DNA from: the human T2T-CHM13v2.0 reference genome, Homo sapiens
NCBI RefSeq assembly: GCF_009914755.1
Contig: NC_060926.1
Direction: 5' to 3' (one strand)
Length of the DNA stretch: 64,000 nt
Made by a program: the position numbers and the translations under genes. This document shows positions 63,415 to 64,000 of the stretch, piece by piece. Within the stretch, counting starts at the first letter, position 1. Each line of letters opens with the position of its first letter. The notes beneath the pieces are model-generated. The model was given only the letters and a program-made list of their open reading frames with translations, was not told the DNA's origin and did no database searches.

Positions 63415-64000
63415 ATTCATTTACTCAACAAGTTTTACTGACAGCCTACTATGTACCAGGCACAGTTCTAAGCACTGGGGATAAAGCTGTGTACAAGTCA
63501 GACAAGACCTCTGCTCGCTTGTTGAGAACAGGGCTGGCAGCAAACAAGTCTAAGGGGGGAAATAAATAAGTGGGAAAAAAAAAACAGTGTATCTTCACCT
63601 AGTAATAAATGCTATGGAGAAAAAGAGAATAAAGAATAAAAGATTATAAAGGAAGGGGCTGGTTCCTATTTTAGAATTAGAAAAGGCCTGAGGCGATGAC
63701 ATTTGAGCAGAAACACAAGACAAGACATGAAGAGCCTTGACCACTTAGAGGAAGGGGTGGTCCAGCTAAAAGAATAGTAAGTATAACATCCTAAGGAAGA
63801 AACACTTTGTTCAAGAACCGGCAAAATGACTATGGGACTGGGGTAGGTTGCTGAAAGTCAGTCACCTAGTAAGAGGTAACGTTAGAAGCTGGCAGCTGCC
63901 AAATCATGCTATGCCCTGATGGCGACTAAGATTCAAATGTAAGTGGTTCACAGGATGCTTTTAGAGGACACTAAGCAAGAAAGTGACAATCTGATTTACA
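63415..64000 (+). mobile_element. L2 fragment (3'-end motif read on +)
   Basis: ttcatttactcaacaa...cctactatgtaccaggcacagttctaagcactggggata...gacatttgagcaga. Confidence 0.7.

Overview
Human (primate) genomic DNA covering the 5' half of REV1, the Y-family translesion dCMP transferase. The gene is transcribed from the minus strand. Nine coding exons (numbered 2-10 by the usual REV1 structure) were reconstructed by hand. All have GT/AG junctions and join in one open frame of 1,676 nt (codons 1-559). They encode the N-terminus, BRCT domain, N-digit (R357/L358), catalytic motif I (D423) and the start of the polymerase core. Non-coding exon 1 lies beyond base 64000 and later exons lie before base 1. 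The rest is AT-rich intron with about 42 Alu copies or fragments (about 32 antisense to REV1), old L1/L2/MIR and hAT remnants, two inverted LTR10-type solo LTRs, MER21-like LTRs and a 3'-truncated U6 copy. Most of the ORF track is Alu or intronic noise. I find no convincing new multi-gene system. The best leads are: (1) a very old L1-clade ORF1 fossil in intron 8 with an antisense candidate poison exon; (2) an exon 2-3 circle whose back-splice closes a 64-aa ORF with overlapping stop/start; (3) a convergent LTR10 pair with intact promoter boxes in intron 1; (4) several candidate NMD exons. Repeat boundaries and subfamily names come from visual recognition and are approximate.
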